A stretch of DNA of 64,000 nt, taken from the IMG/VR virus record IMGVR_UViG_3300045988_117149. One strand, given 5' to 3'. A program made the position numbers and the translations under genes. How positions within the stretch are numbered: position 1 is the stretch's first letter; each line of letters starts with the position of its first letter. Origin of the DNA: a virus. The notes beneath the pieces were generated by a model, which saw only the letters and a program-made list of their open reading frames with translations, was not told the origin of the DNA and made no database searches. Shown piece after piece: positions 20,290 through 29,275 of the stretch.

Positions 20290-21190
20290 TTCGTTTTCTT
20301 TTTAATCTGTTTATAATATTGCTCGGCCATATCCTTGAATATTTTTCTTATTCTGTACGGAAGACGTAAAAAGCCGAAATAATCTAAAGTTATCTCGGCT
20401 CTAGTGATATAAACAAAATCACTTTCTAAACTTACTCTTCCGTCAGGTAGAAAAAATTAGGTGCCCAAGCTATAGGATAGTTTCTTTCCTCTCCAGTCTG
20501 TGGATGGGTGATATGAGAATCCCCTTTGAATACCGGGTCGATAGATAGAATATACTTTCTCATCTCAGCCATATCTTTTGCACTAAAAGGTGTAAAGTTT
20601 GAAACCTTTTCCCAGTTACCATCTACATCTAAGTAAAGGTTACGGCAAAGGAGAGGAGCATTCTTTGTTTGTTTCTCCATAGGCAAAGCCATGAACATCT
20701 GTTCACCCTTACCGGTCATGCAATCGAATTTGATAAGCTTACCTGAAGAGAGAGTGTACTCATGGTCCGTAAGTTTCTTACCTTCCGGATAGAAAGGAAT
20801 GGCATCTGGTTTTTCCTTGAGCTCTTCTTCAGAAGGAACCTGACTGTAATCGAAAAGATACTCGTGAAGATCTTGGCCATACATAACCTTCCCTCCTTCT
20901 TTTCCCCAATCATATTCGAATTCTACTTCGTCTCCCAAAGAGAAAATTCGAGAATTGAAGATAATACAGTACCGGTCATTAACTGGTAAGTTAAGTGCAT
21001 CCTCAATGGTTAACTTCCCACTGGGTGTTGCATCTGTAGTTACTACAATTGCTGCAATGAACTTAGTAAGGTTCATCAAAGTTTTCATGTCTGAAAGGTT
21101 ACTGAGAATATCTTCGTCAGCACCATTCTGTTCTCTAATCTGGTATTTATAACCAGACGGTCCGATAAATCCAAATGTTCTAAATTCCAT
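20286..21190 (-). CDS. tail assembly chaperone, -1 frameshift-extended product
   Basis: After T TTT TTC, the -1 frame is open for 54 codons (LPDGRVSLESDF...KQIKKKTK). Its TGA overlaps the tape measure ATG (AAATGA). Confidence 0.6.
20432..21190 (-). CDS. tail assembly chaperone (short, frame-0 product)
   Basis: Lies between the tube and tape measure genes. Carries a slippery heptamer 6 codons before its stop. Confidence 0.7.
   Translation of the reverse strand: MEFRTFGFIGPSGYKYQIREQNGADEDILSNLSDMKTLMNLTKFIAAIVVTTDATPSGKLTIEDALNLPVNDRYCIIFNSRIFSLGDEVEFEYDWGKEGGKVMYGQDLHEYLFDYSQVPSEEELKEKPDAIPFYPEGKKLTDHEYTLSSGKLIKFDCMTGKGEQMFMALPMEKQTKNAPLLCRNLYLDVDGNWEKVSNFTPFSAKDMAEMRKYILSIDPVFKGDSHITHPQTGEERNYPIAWAPNFFYLTEE
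20450..20456 (-). other. -1 programmed ribosomal frameshift slippery heptamer T_TTT_TTC
   Basis: Frame 0 reads AAT TTT TTC TAC, i.e. the X_XXY_YYZ pattern, in the canonical chaperone position. Confidence 0.6.
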
Positions 21191-21246
21191 ATTAATTACT
21201 TTTTATGTTTACAAATGTTCATAGTATTCCCTATAACAACAAGAAA

Positions 21247-21280
21247 GGGGTGAGACATCCTATCTCAGGAATCCCACCCC
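21247..21280 (-). terminator. hairpin + T-run downstream of the tube gene
   Basis: The - strand reads GGGGTG...(inner TGAGA/TCTCA)...CACCCC followed by TTTCTTGTTGTT, 34 nt after the stop at 21314. Confidence 0.45.
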
Positions 21281-21313
21281 TCCACCGAATCTTAGTGAAA
21301 ATAGACTAAGGAA

Positions 21314-21778
21314 TTAGTATTTATCTGCAGTACCAACTGAGAACTCAATGGACTCAATGGTATTCTCTGAAGCCATTCTGTCCAAGTCTAAGCCAGTAAC
21401 TTTACAGGGCCAAACCTCTTCGAAGATATGGGTGTTAAGAACTGAGACTCCGTCTTCAGCAAGTTCATTTACGATTGCAGTTTCCCATATCTGAGCAGGA
21501 GGTAATCCCCCACCGGCAATCATATCTTGGCAAGCATATAGCCAATCATGAAGCCAGGTATCTGAACCTGCAGTAGTCATAAGTTTCTCTACGATAAGAT
21601 TACCAACTGAAACCCTACCTGGAGTTTTAACGTCTCTATTGACGTCCCCATGAGCAACCTGGTCAATCTCTACATCTGGCAAAGTACAAGTTTGGAACAG
21701 ATAAGTATTGATAGGGTGCTTGGGGAACATGATACTCCACAAGAACTTCTTCCGTGGATTTTTTACTTTTGCTCCCAT
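21314..21778 (-). CDS. tail tube protein
   Basis: 154 aa, directly after the sheath gene and followed by a terminator-like hairpin. Confidence 0.65.
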   Translation of the reverse strand: MGAKVKNPRKKFLWSIMFPKHPINTYLFQTCTLPDVEIDQVAHGDVNRDVKTPGRVSVGNLIVEKLMTTAGSDTWLHDWLYACQDMIAGGGLPPAQIWETAIVNELAEDGVSVLNTHIFEEVWPCKVTGLDLDRMASENTIESIEFSVGTADKY

Positions 21779-21790
21779 CGTTATAATTGT

Positions 21791-23563
21791 TTAAGCGTTA
21801 TTACTTGATTCCACAATTGATACAGACTTGGAAGCTGCATCAATTACAATTTCCATAGTTACCTCTTGCATAGGAACTACGTCCTTATACTTAAGGATAG
21901 CACGGTACTTACCTTGACGAGCATCTGCCTCGTTGTTAACCGAGAGATCATCCCAAGAGGTTGCATCTTGGTCACCCATCCAGGTATATTCGGTCATGGC
22001 ATCTTCATCTACCAAAGAGTCTAGTGTGGGTTTAACCTCCAACCAAATTCTCTTCCAAGTACTCCAAACGTTAGGCTCTTCGATGTACTTGTTAAGTACA
22101 GGACGAAGGAACTTCTTCAAATACAAGTTCAATCTTACGATTGAAAGGAACCGTTCTGAATCCTGTTTTACCTGAGAAGAGAAGCAATGCCAAAGCATTG
22201 TCTGTTTGCCTGCATCAGGAGTATCCTTGATTACCATCTCATTGATGTAATTTTGGGCCAGAGTATTCAATTCTGAATACCGAGAGGGAGAACCATAGTT
22301 CGGGCATACTGGTCCAACGGCATCCCCAATAACTCCTCGGTTCATACCTGCAAAAGATTTCCAAGGTCCATATTGAGTAGCAGAAGCATCACCCAAACCT
22401 GCAATGGTACCCACTACATCGGAATCTTGAAGATTACCGTTTTCATTGTAGTACTTAAGTCCACCACCGAAATAGGCAATATACTTAGAGTTACCCACAG
22501 TACCCAAGCAAGTCTGTACCCAAGTTACCTGAGCTTTGTAATCTCTGGCCTGAGTACCCTGAGTATAATGAGTAAGGTGTTTCGGAACTTCGATATAGAG
22601 TACCCATTCCATCAGTTCCTTTGCCATATCCGCAGCAGCCTTGTATACCTTGAGTACATCTGCATCAGCAGTAAGGTGTTGAGAGATATGAGAAATGAAT
22701 AACTGATAGAAGTCAGTGTAATCCTTTACGAAGTCCAAAGAAGCAATCCATTCATCGGCAGTAGGAGTAGAACCTGCAGAACCGATAGTACCGGTAAACT
22801 TCTTTTCATCTTCTGTAGGAGCAGCACCACCTACAGTTAATGTAACGGCATTCTTTGTACCATCTACACTATCAGTAAGCCATTTGATAAGATTCTCGAA
22901 AGAAGAACCAGCAACTACTACCGGCTTAATATATTCTGAGTTCTTAGCAAATGCACTAAGAGCAAGGTAATCTACCGAAGTATCATTATTTTCATCGGCA
23001 GTTTTGTAAGTGATTACTGGACCTTGTTCAAGTACTTGACCATTGCCAGAATAGATTTTGTAATACAAGGTGTTAGCTTGTTTGTAGAAACCCACCTGGA
23101 AACTATCAGTACTACCGATTGGGTCCCCATAACCTTTAGTTACCAAGCCTAAGCTATAAGTAACTCCACTTGAGGTAATGGTAATGAGTGCTGCAGGTGT
23201 AGCTGGGTCTGGGGCAGCAGAAGCCGGTACTATGCCTTCCTCTTCGGATTTAGCAGCAGCCTTTGTTTTACTTGCTGCAGTTGCAGCCACTGTACCCTGG
23301 GTAGCTCCCTTACCAAGTACTCGAATAACACGAAGCTTAGAACCACCTGTCAAGGCTTTTTCGATATTTGATACAGAACCATCTGGCACAATCTCAGAAC
23401 CATAAATTCTTTGAAACTGAGAGAAAGTAGAGATGATTTCTGAGGGGTCATCGTATGGGCCCTTAGTAGTTCTAGCCAATACACAAGAAACTCCTAACAT
23501 AGGAGTAGTTTGAAGAACATTGTTGTTCTTAAACTTAAAATCTACATGAGGTGAAGTTGGCAT
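21791..23563 (-). CDS. contractile tail sheath protein
   Basis: 590 aa, first gene of the sheath-tube-chaperone-tape-measure series. Confidence 0.7.
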   Translation of the reverse strand: MPTSPHVDFKFKNNNVLQTTPMLGVSCVLARTTKGPYDDPSEIISTFSQFQRIYGSEIVPDGSVSNIEKALTGGSKLRVIRVLGKGATQGTVAATAASKTKAAAKSEEEGIVPASAAPDPATPAALITITSSGVTYSLGLVTKGYGDPIGSTDSFQVGFYKQANTLYYKIYSGNGQVLEQGPVITYKTADENNDTSVDYLALSAFAKNSEYIKPVVVAGSSFENLIKWLTDSVDGTKNAVTLTVGGAAPTEDEKKFTGTIGSAGSTPTADEWIASLDFVKDYTDFYQLFISHISQHLTADADVLKVYKAAADMAKELMEWVLYIEVPKHLTHYTQGTQARDYKAQVTWVQTCLGTVGNSKYIAYFGGGLKYYNENGNLQDSDVVGTIAGLGDASATQYGPWKSFAGMNRGVIGDAVGPVCPNYGSPSRYSELNTLAQNYINEMVIKDTPDAGKQTMLWHCFSSQVKQDSERFLSIVRLNLYLKKFLRPVLNKYIEEPNVWSTWKRIWLEVKPTLDSLVDEDAMTEYTWMGDQDATSWDDLSVNNEADARQGKYRAILKYKDVVPMQEVTMEIVIDAASKSVSIVESSNNA

Positions 23564-23620
23564 AATTCTATTGTGATTAAAGTTAATTACTCGTTTAATT
23601 TATACCCTAGAGTATTGTAC

Positions 23621-24325
23621 CTATTCCTTAGGTATCTTCAACTCTAGCATTTCATTTTCGTTTTGTTCGAACAATCCAATGAGAGCAGTAATATCTTTGA
23701 TAGGTGTAAGTGTACCTTCTTCCAAAAGCTTTTCTGGGAGAATACCATCTTTACATACGTAAGTATATACCTTCTCAAGTATACCATGTTCTACATCTGG
23801 ATGGTCATAATAATTACCAATTTCAATGAATAGGTTTCCGGTTGGGTCAAGCCTGCCCTTGCTCCATTCCTCTAAGTCATTAAAGTATGGTCTTACATAT
23901 CCTCTAGCAGGTAAGCCAGCATATAAGATTGTATGCAATAATCTCATATCGGCTTGTGTTTGAGAAACGAGGTGTATATCAACTGTGATATCTTTAGTCT
24001 CATAGGGAAACTCTGAAGCTTGGTAATTACCGTCTTCTAACTTATCACCAATGATATATTTGTTCACTCCAATATCACCAGCATAATAACCTTGCAGTTC
24101 GATTGTTATTCTGGGGAGAGTCTTGGGTCCTTTTACCTGATTGTTTCCTATACCAAACAAGGGTATAAACTTAGGCATACCCTTGATAGCCTCTGCAAAA
24201 CGTTTTTCGTTTTCTTGAGACAAGGGCAAGAAGTCTTCTGGATTTAAGGTAAGACCCATTTCTAACATGGTGCTGAGGAGACATATATAGAATGTTCTCT
24301 CAACTACTTCTTCTGAATTTACCAT
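23621..24325 (-). CDS. hypothetical virion protein (neck / tail-completion position)
   Basis: 234-aa ORF between the connector genes and the sheath gene. Confidence 0.5.
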   Translation of the reverse strand: MVNSEEVVERTFYICLLSTMLEMGLTLNPEDFLPLSQENEKRFAEAIKGMPKFIPLFGIGNNQVKGPKTLPRITIELQGYYAGDIGVNKYIIGDKLEDGNYQASEFPYETKDITVDIHLVSQTQADMRLLHTILYAGLPARGYVRPYFNDLEEWSKGRLDPTGNLFIEIGNYYDHPDVEHGILEKVYTYVCKDGILPEKLLEEGTLTPIKDITALIGLFEQNENEMLELKIPKE

Positions 24326-24327
24326 AA

Positions 24328-25275
24328 TTAAGCTTGATCAGGAATAACTCTAAGTCCTTCATCAGCATTTACCCAATTTACTGTACCATCTCCTACTTGT
24401 ATTTGAGCCTCTACTACTAAGATATATAAAATTCCAAAAAACCTACAGTCATAATGGATAGTACAGGTTAATTCATCAACACTGGTCGTTGCTGCTGAGG
24501 GGTAATTCGTAAACCATAGTTTCCAAGGAATAGGGTCTCCACTTAGATTTGGGATAGTACCATTAACTGTTTCCCCAATCTTGGGTACTCTGAAGGGTCT
24601 AATAAACGTAGCTACCTCTTCTCCATTGATAGTGTACACTATGTAACCCCTAAAGGTAGCAGTCTTCACAGCAGGATTATTTGCTACAGAGTGACCTAAT
24701 CCTGCTACTGGTCTAATTTCATAAGTAACTACTCTAACACTTGGAGATTGAGTTATATTAATAGCTTTCTCGAATTTTTCACTTTGAATTATCTTGACTA
24801 CTCCAGTTCTTTCAATTGGATTATAGGTACCCGACTGATACTCCCCATTTCTTGATAGAGTTTTAATAATAGCCTTTCCTGGTTTATTACCTTCGCCTAC
24901 CTCTTGGGTTACTTCTAACCAGTCTACGGTAGTTTCGATTTTCCAATCTACAGCTCTATATTCATCCTGAGGTACATTGTTGAGGAACTTTTGTTGATAG
25001 CTGTATACCTCTATCTCTAAAGTCTCACCCTTTTTAGTACCATCAAAGGTATGGGCAGTTACGTCTGGAGAAATACTCCAGTATGTATTCCAGGATTCTG
25101 CAGGGGTAGTGTTAGCTTTCTGAACCAAGGTTACTTCCCTTTCTACTCCCTGTACTACTACCTTGAGGATCTGTTCTTTGATATTATCTCGGTCTTCATT
25201 TATTGCCTTCGGTTTTACACGAATAGTGGCAGTACCTGTTCCGGATAATGCGGATATTTCAAAATCTGCTGCCAT
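24328..25275 (-). CDS. hypothetical structural protein with N-terminal Ig/BACON-like segment
   Basis: FEISALSGTGTATIRVKPK...REVTLVQ resembles the repeat seen in 27433-29274 and in the 48.4-51 kb paralogs. Confidence 0.5.
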   Translation of the reverse strand: MAADFEISALSGTGTATIRVKPKAINEDRDNIKEQILKVVVQGVEREVTLVQKANTTPAESWNTYWSISPDVTAHTFDGTKKGETLEIEVYSYQQKFLNNVPQDEYRAVDWKIETTVDWLEVTQEVGEGNKPGKAIIKTLSRNGEYQSGTYNPIERTGVVKIIQSEKFEKAINITQSPSVRVVTYEIRPVAGLGHSVANNPAVKTATFRGYIVYTINGEEVATFIRPFRVPKIGETVNGTIPNLSGDPIPWKLWFTNYPSAATTSVDELTCTIHYDCRFFGILYILVVEAQIQVGDGTVNWVNADEGLRVIPDQA

Positions 25276-25832
25276 TATTTTACCCTCCTTATTTCTTTTC
25301 TGATTTCATTTCGTATTTCCTTTTGTAAGGCTACCTTTCCACCTGCAGCCTTAAATGCAGGACCCCAGAGAGGACGAGGTGGTAAGTTACCATCTCTGCT
25401 ACCATACTCGAGCATGATAGCAATCTGATTCAAAGTTTTTCTTGAAGTCTTACCTGTGTAGGTAATCTTCCTGATTCCAATTGGTAATCCTACGAAAGTC
25501 CTCTTCTTACCTTTTACTATGGTAACGGACTTTGCATATTGACCAGTAAGGTTTAGCATTGTATGTTCTCCATACTTCTTAATGGTACCTGGAGAATGTT
25601 TTGGCCAAGATACTCCAGAACCCTTTGGAGGTATACCAGTATTTAAACTACGCCTTACTATACGAAGAAGTTGATTGCCAAACTTCTCGGTACCTTTCGC
25701 ATAGCCTTTTGTTAAGATACTTGGAGTCTGAGCAATCAACCTTTCTGCACGAGCTTGTTCTCGTTTATCTACGTATATTTCTAGTGGACCAATTGGAGTC
25801 GATATATTAATATTAACCGACTTACTTGGCAT
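25275..25832 (-). CDS. head-tail connector / virion morphogenesis-like protein
   Basis: Start moved to the ATG at 25832, 1 nt after the upstream stop; the track start at 25868 would overlap by 35 nt. Functional call is from position only. Confidence 0.45.
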   Translation of the reverse strand: MPSKSVNINISTPIGPLEIYVDKREQARAERLIAQTPSILTKGYAKGTEKFGNQLLRIVRRSLNTGIPPKGSGVSWPKHSPGTIKKYGEHTMLNLTGQYAKSVTIVKGKKRTFVGLPIGIRKITYTGKTSRKTLNQIAIMLEYGSRDGNLPPRPLWGPAFKAAGGKVALQKEIRNEIRKEIRRVK

Positions 25833-25833
25833 G

Positions 25834-26355
25834 TTACTTGTCTTTAAATAATCCCAGCTCTTCGGCAATTTTTTCCAGGAGTGCTTCTGACCTATTTAAT
25901 CGGACATCCACATTACCCATGTAGGCTTTAAATTCTTCGAACTCAGGAGCTGGTTTACTGGGTTCTTTGTAATTGATAGAGCCTAAAATTTTATCGCATT
26001 CTGATACAATTGCCTCATACCTTTCCCGGTTATTAAGAATGTTCACTGCATTCTGTCTCTGATTAGAAACTTCACTGATAATGTTGTCCAGATTAGTGGT
26101 ATAATAAATACCATTGTAAATACCTTCCTCTGCCTGAGATGGCAAATAGATTGTGATTTGAGATACTGAATCCTGTATCACAAGTTCAAGGCTATTTACA
26201 AATCCATCCTTAACCATGGATGCCATGGGTTTACTTTCACCTACCTTCAGAATCCTTGCTTGGTCAAAGATAGGATAGAGAGCACGTCGGTCTCTTTCTA
26301 AGGAGAAGATTATATCCCCTTTCTGCAACTTTTGAAAAATCATCTTATCGTCCAT
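25834..26355 (-). CDS. hypothetical head-tail joining module protein
   Basis: 173-aa ORF, tightly packed. Confidence 0.5.
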   Translation of the reverse strand: MDDKMIFQKLQKGDIIFSLERDRRALYPIFDQARILKVGESKPMASMVKDGFVNSLELVIQDSVSQITIYLPSQAEEGIYNGIYYTTNLDNIISEVSNQRQNAVNILNNRERYEAIVSECDKILGSINYKEPSKPAPEFEEFKAYMGNVDVRLNRSEALLEKIAEELGLFKDK

Positions 26356-26356
26356 G

Positions 26357-26557
26357 TTACTTCTTATTTATTAAATTTAAACCAAATGAAACTGCACCTG
26401 GATTCTTCTGCATGAAGTCTACCAGGTTTAAGAATTGATAGTATCCAAATTGATTTATGAGTACCTGAGCTTTGTTTGCTACTTCTTGTGCAATCTCTAT
26501 ATTAGGAGCGGGTAATGCCAATTGTATCTTAAATTCGGTGAGTTGTTCTTGTTCCAT
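26357..26557 (-). CDS. hypothetical small protein
   Basis: 66-aa ORF 1 nt upstream of the next gene; first gene after the terminator at 26584-26618. Confidence 0.45.
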   Translation of the reverse strand: MEQEQLTEFKIQLALPAPNIEIAQEVANKAQVLINQFGYYQFLNLVDFMQKNPGAVSFGLNLINKK

Positions 26558-26583
26558 AATTCCTTAGTTATTGGGTTAAAACG

Positions 26584-26618
26584 AAAAAAGGAGTACACCG
26601 GTTAGATGCACTCCTTTT
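26584..26618 (-). terminator. rho-independent terminator
   Basis: The - strand reads AAAAGGAGUGCA-ucuaaccgg-UGUACUCCUUUUUUCGUUUU: an 8-bp stem with one G:U pair plus a U-tract, 25 nt after the stop at 26643. Confidence 0.75.
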
Positions 26619-26642
26619 CAATCATCTTAGTTTTTGGCAAAT

Positions 26643-27350
26643 TTAAGCCGGTGTAGTAGTGGTGCCTTTCAATGCAGCAACTACCTGGCTAATGATGTTC
26701 TGGTCTCTTTGAGCATCAACTACCCGGTTAAGGCGAGCAATCTCCTGGTCTTTGGCAGTGTTCTCGATGAGGCACTTGATTTCCTGTTGACCATTCTTCA
26801 GATCACAGCAGCAACGTTCCAACTGAAGAGCCAGATCGGATTTCACTTCCTTAATCAAGCCCTTAGTTTCACAGCAACAGTTTTGCTGTTCGTGTTCCAT
26901 GTTGCAGAGACGGTCCATTACACGATTGAAGCCTGCGCCCATTTGGTCACGAGAATCTCTGATATCAGAGTTCGTTTTGTAACCCAAATCACAAAGACCT
27001 CTTTCGGTAGTGAAACGGTTGTTGAGGATTTCTCTTCCAACACCTGCAACGTCTTTTGCTACACCGCTGATTTCCTGAGTTACTCCTCTAGCAGCATCAG
27101 AGATATCCTTGTAGATACCTGCCTTTGCTTCCTGAACAGTAGATTCTACTTTCTGGATGTCAGCCTTGGTGTCATTGATTTTGTCCCATACGGAAACTGC
27201 AGCAGCACCAAAGCCACCACCTACCAATGCACCACCGACTGCACCCCAACCAGAACCCCAGCCTGAGTTGTTACGACCATAGTTGCAATCATTGCAACCT
27301 CTATCCGCGATTACTACGCCATCGCCAGCACCTTTAACTTCGACTCCCAT
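26643..27350 (-). CDS. Cys-triplet, glycine-zipper, coiled-coil protein of unknown function (probably abundant)
   Basis: 235 aa with GWGSGWGAVGGALVGGGFGAAAV, two CCC triplets (QNCCCETKG, ERCCCDLKN) and 11 Cys in total. GC and codon style resemble the capsid genes. It has its own strong terminator. Confidence 0.6.
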   Translation of the reverse strand: MGVEVKGAGDGVVIADRGCNDCNYGRNNSGWGSGWGAVGGALVGGGFGAAAVSVWDKINDTKADIQKVESTVQEAKAGIYKDISDAARGVTQEISGVAKDVAGVGREILNNRFTTERGLCDLGYKTNSDIRDSRDQMGAGFNRVMDRLCNMEHEQQNCCCETKGLIKEVKSDLALQLERCCCDLKNGQQEIKCLIENTAKDQEIARLNRVVDAQRDQNIISQVVAALKGTTTTPA

Positions 27351-27432
27351 AACGGTTTAGTTTTAGAAAGTTAATAAATAAGTTTTTGATTTCTCTAATA
27401 CATTATAAAATACTATACTATGGTGTTGTATT

Positions 27433-29274
27433 TTAAACACTAAAGTAATATTCATAGGTAATCACTGCAGCATTCTGAGTTATGTTGACTGTAAGCTCCC
27501 AACCGTCATCATCGTTTTCTGCTTGCCTTAATTTAATGGTACCTGACCTTGTTGATTCTACGGTATTCTCTGTTAAGGTTAAGGTTAACCCATAGTTTCC
27601 ATTATCACTTGATAACGTTGTAATTGCTACATTTGTAACCCAACTTGGTTTTGAGGTTACAGTTAAAGCTAATGGGTATCTTGTACTTATTTCAGAACCG
27701 TTTATTACCTTAGTCTTAAAAGAATAAGCTACATCAACTATAAAATTATTACCTCCCAAAGCTGATAATCCGGTTCTGGAAGTAGTTCTAGAACCAGTAG
27801 GGGAAGTAAATGCCAAGTAATACTTATAAGATACTGAAGCAGCACTCTGAGTAACTGTGATGGTTTTAGTAGTTGCCCCACTATAGGATGCAGTTACTGT
27901 ACAACTTCTACTTGAAGTACCCGTGTTCTCTGTAGCAGTAAGTACCGTCTTAGCTGAATTCAAACTAAATCCAGTACCACTTGCACTAACCGTAGGTGTA
28001 GCACTCTTCGAAGAACCTGCACTTGTTGACCCTGAACTCCAATGGTTGGTAGTAGGTATACTTACACTGGCATAAATATTAACACTACCTCCTGAATTAG
28101 AGATAGAGTATGAATTTGCCGATAAACTTATTACTGGTGTACCATCGGTAGTACTGGTAATTGAATTCGCTGCCTGATATACATCAAGGGTTATAGATTT
28201 CGATTTACCATTCAGAGATACTGTACAAGTAAGGGAGCCTACTCTTGTTCTAGCCTTAGATGTAGTTCCCAAAGAACTTGCACTAACGGCAGTACCATAA
28301 GAAATACTAGCACCAGATGTAATCGTACCTCCTCCCGTAGTAGAACCATTCCATCCCCAAGTCTGTGAATAACTTGGAGCTGTTGTAAATGAACTCCTTG
28401 TTCCTCCTGATGCTGGGATATCTGATACTGCTCCACCACTTACTGTGATTTCACTATAGGTTCTATAACCTGCAGATTGAGAACAACTAATGGTTAACTT
28501 CTTATTGGTTTCTGCTTGAGTTAATACTACACTACCAGACTTTGCCGAAGTAGAAGTATTATTGGCCATAGTTACCGAAGTACCAGTACCAGTAACTCCT
28601 GTATTAGCCCGGGTATAACTTAAAGAAACCTGACTACCATAAGTATGCCCATTTCTGTACTCTTGTTTGTAAGAAGTTACAGTAAATGTTTTCGTTCCTC
28701 CAGTTGCCCCAAATGACATAGATGTTGGATTCACTGAGAAAGTCTGAGTCCAACTTTGAGATGCTGCTGCCTGAGACCAACCGATAGCAAAAGTTTTACC
28801 AGAGCCCTGTTGGAGTATTACTCCATCAGTCTTGGACCTTGCAGTTAAATCTAAGTTCTCTTGAGCAACCCAACCTCCGGCATCGGACCAAGATATCCAA
28901 GAAGGTAATCCAGAAGTAGAGTAATTTACATCCTCTTTAATACCAGTAGCTACACCATCTAAGTACTTTTCCCGATTAGAGGTTCCTCCAAAGCCTTTAT
29001 CTGCATTGGTAGGAGACCCACCTAAAGCAGTAAAGTTTAGAGTAGTATTAGCAAGGGTAAAAGTATACTTATAGGTTACCTTATGAATATCTTCGAGTTT
29101 AACACCCTCGTTATTTCCATAGGAACTAGCATTGGAGATTTCCAAGCCAACGTAATTTTCCCCCGTTCCTGTAGGGGTGAGTGCTAACAATTCAGCCTTG
29201 GTAGGGCAGTCGTTACCTGTCTTACCAAGGCCTACTTTAGTTTTGACAGCACTCCATGTTGCTATCTCTCCCAT
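27433..29274 (-). CDS. Ser/Thr-rich protein built of BACON/Ig-like repeats (fibre- or capsid-associated)
   Basis: At least four repeats ending in R/K-S-G/C-(S/T)-(I/V)...(I/L)T(V/I)xQ, e.g. TRSGTIKLRQ...NITQ and SRSCTVTASY...ITVTQ. Confidence 0.55.
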   Translation of the reverse strand: MGEIATWSAVKTKVGLGKTGNDCPTKAELLALTPTGTGENYVGLEISNASSYGNNEGVKLEDIHKVTYKYTFTLANTTLNFTALGGSPTNADKGFGGTSNREKYLDGVATGIKEDVNYSTSGLPSWISWSDAGGWVAQENLDLTARSKTDGVILQQGSGKTFAIGWSQAAASQSWTQTFSVNPTSMSFGATGGTKTFTVTSYKQEYRNGHTYGSQVSLSYTRANTGVTGTGTSVTMANNTSTSAKSGSVVLTQAETNKKLTISCSQSAGYRTYSEITVSGGAVSDIPASGGTRSSFTTAPSYSQTWGWNGSTTGGGTITSGASISYGTAVSASSLGTTSKARTRVGSLTCTVSLNGKSKSITLDVYQAANSITSTTDGTPVISLSANSYSISNSGGSVNIYASVSIPTTNHWSSGSTSAGSSKSATPTVSASGTGFSLNSAKTVLTATENTGTSSRSCTVTASYSGATTKTITVTQSAASVSYKYYLAFTSPTGSRTTSRTGLSALGGNNFIVDVAYSFKTKVINGSEISTRYPLALTVTSKPSWVTNVAITTLSSDNGNYGLTLTLTENTVESTRSGTIKLRQAENDDDGWELTVNITQNAAVITYEYYFSV

Positions 29275-29275
29275 A

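Noticed and set aside
26634-27266. 210-aa + strand ORF antisense to the Cys-triplet gene
   Set aside because: All neighbours, the terminator orientation (U-tract on the - strand) and the ATG context favour the - strand ORF. The antisense frame is probably open only because of the GC-rich, codon-biased composition, and its product is low-complexity (Leu/Ser/Thr/Phe rich).
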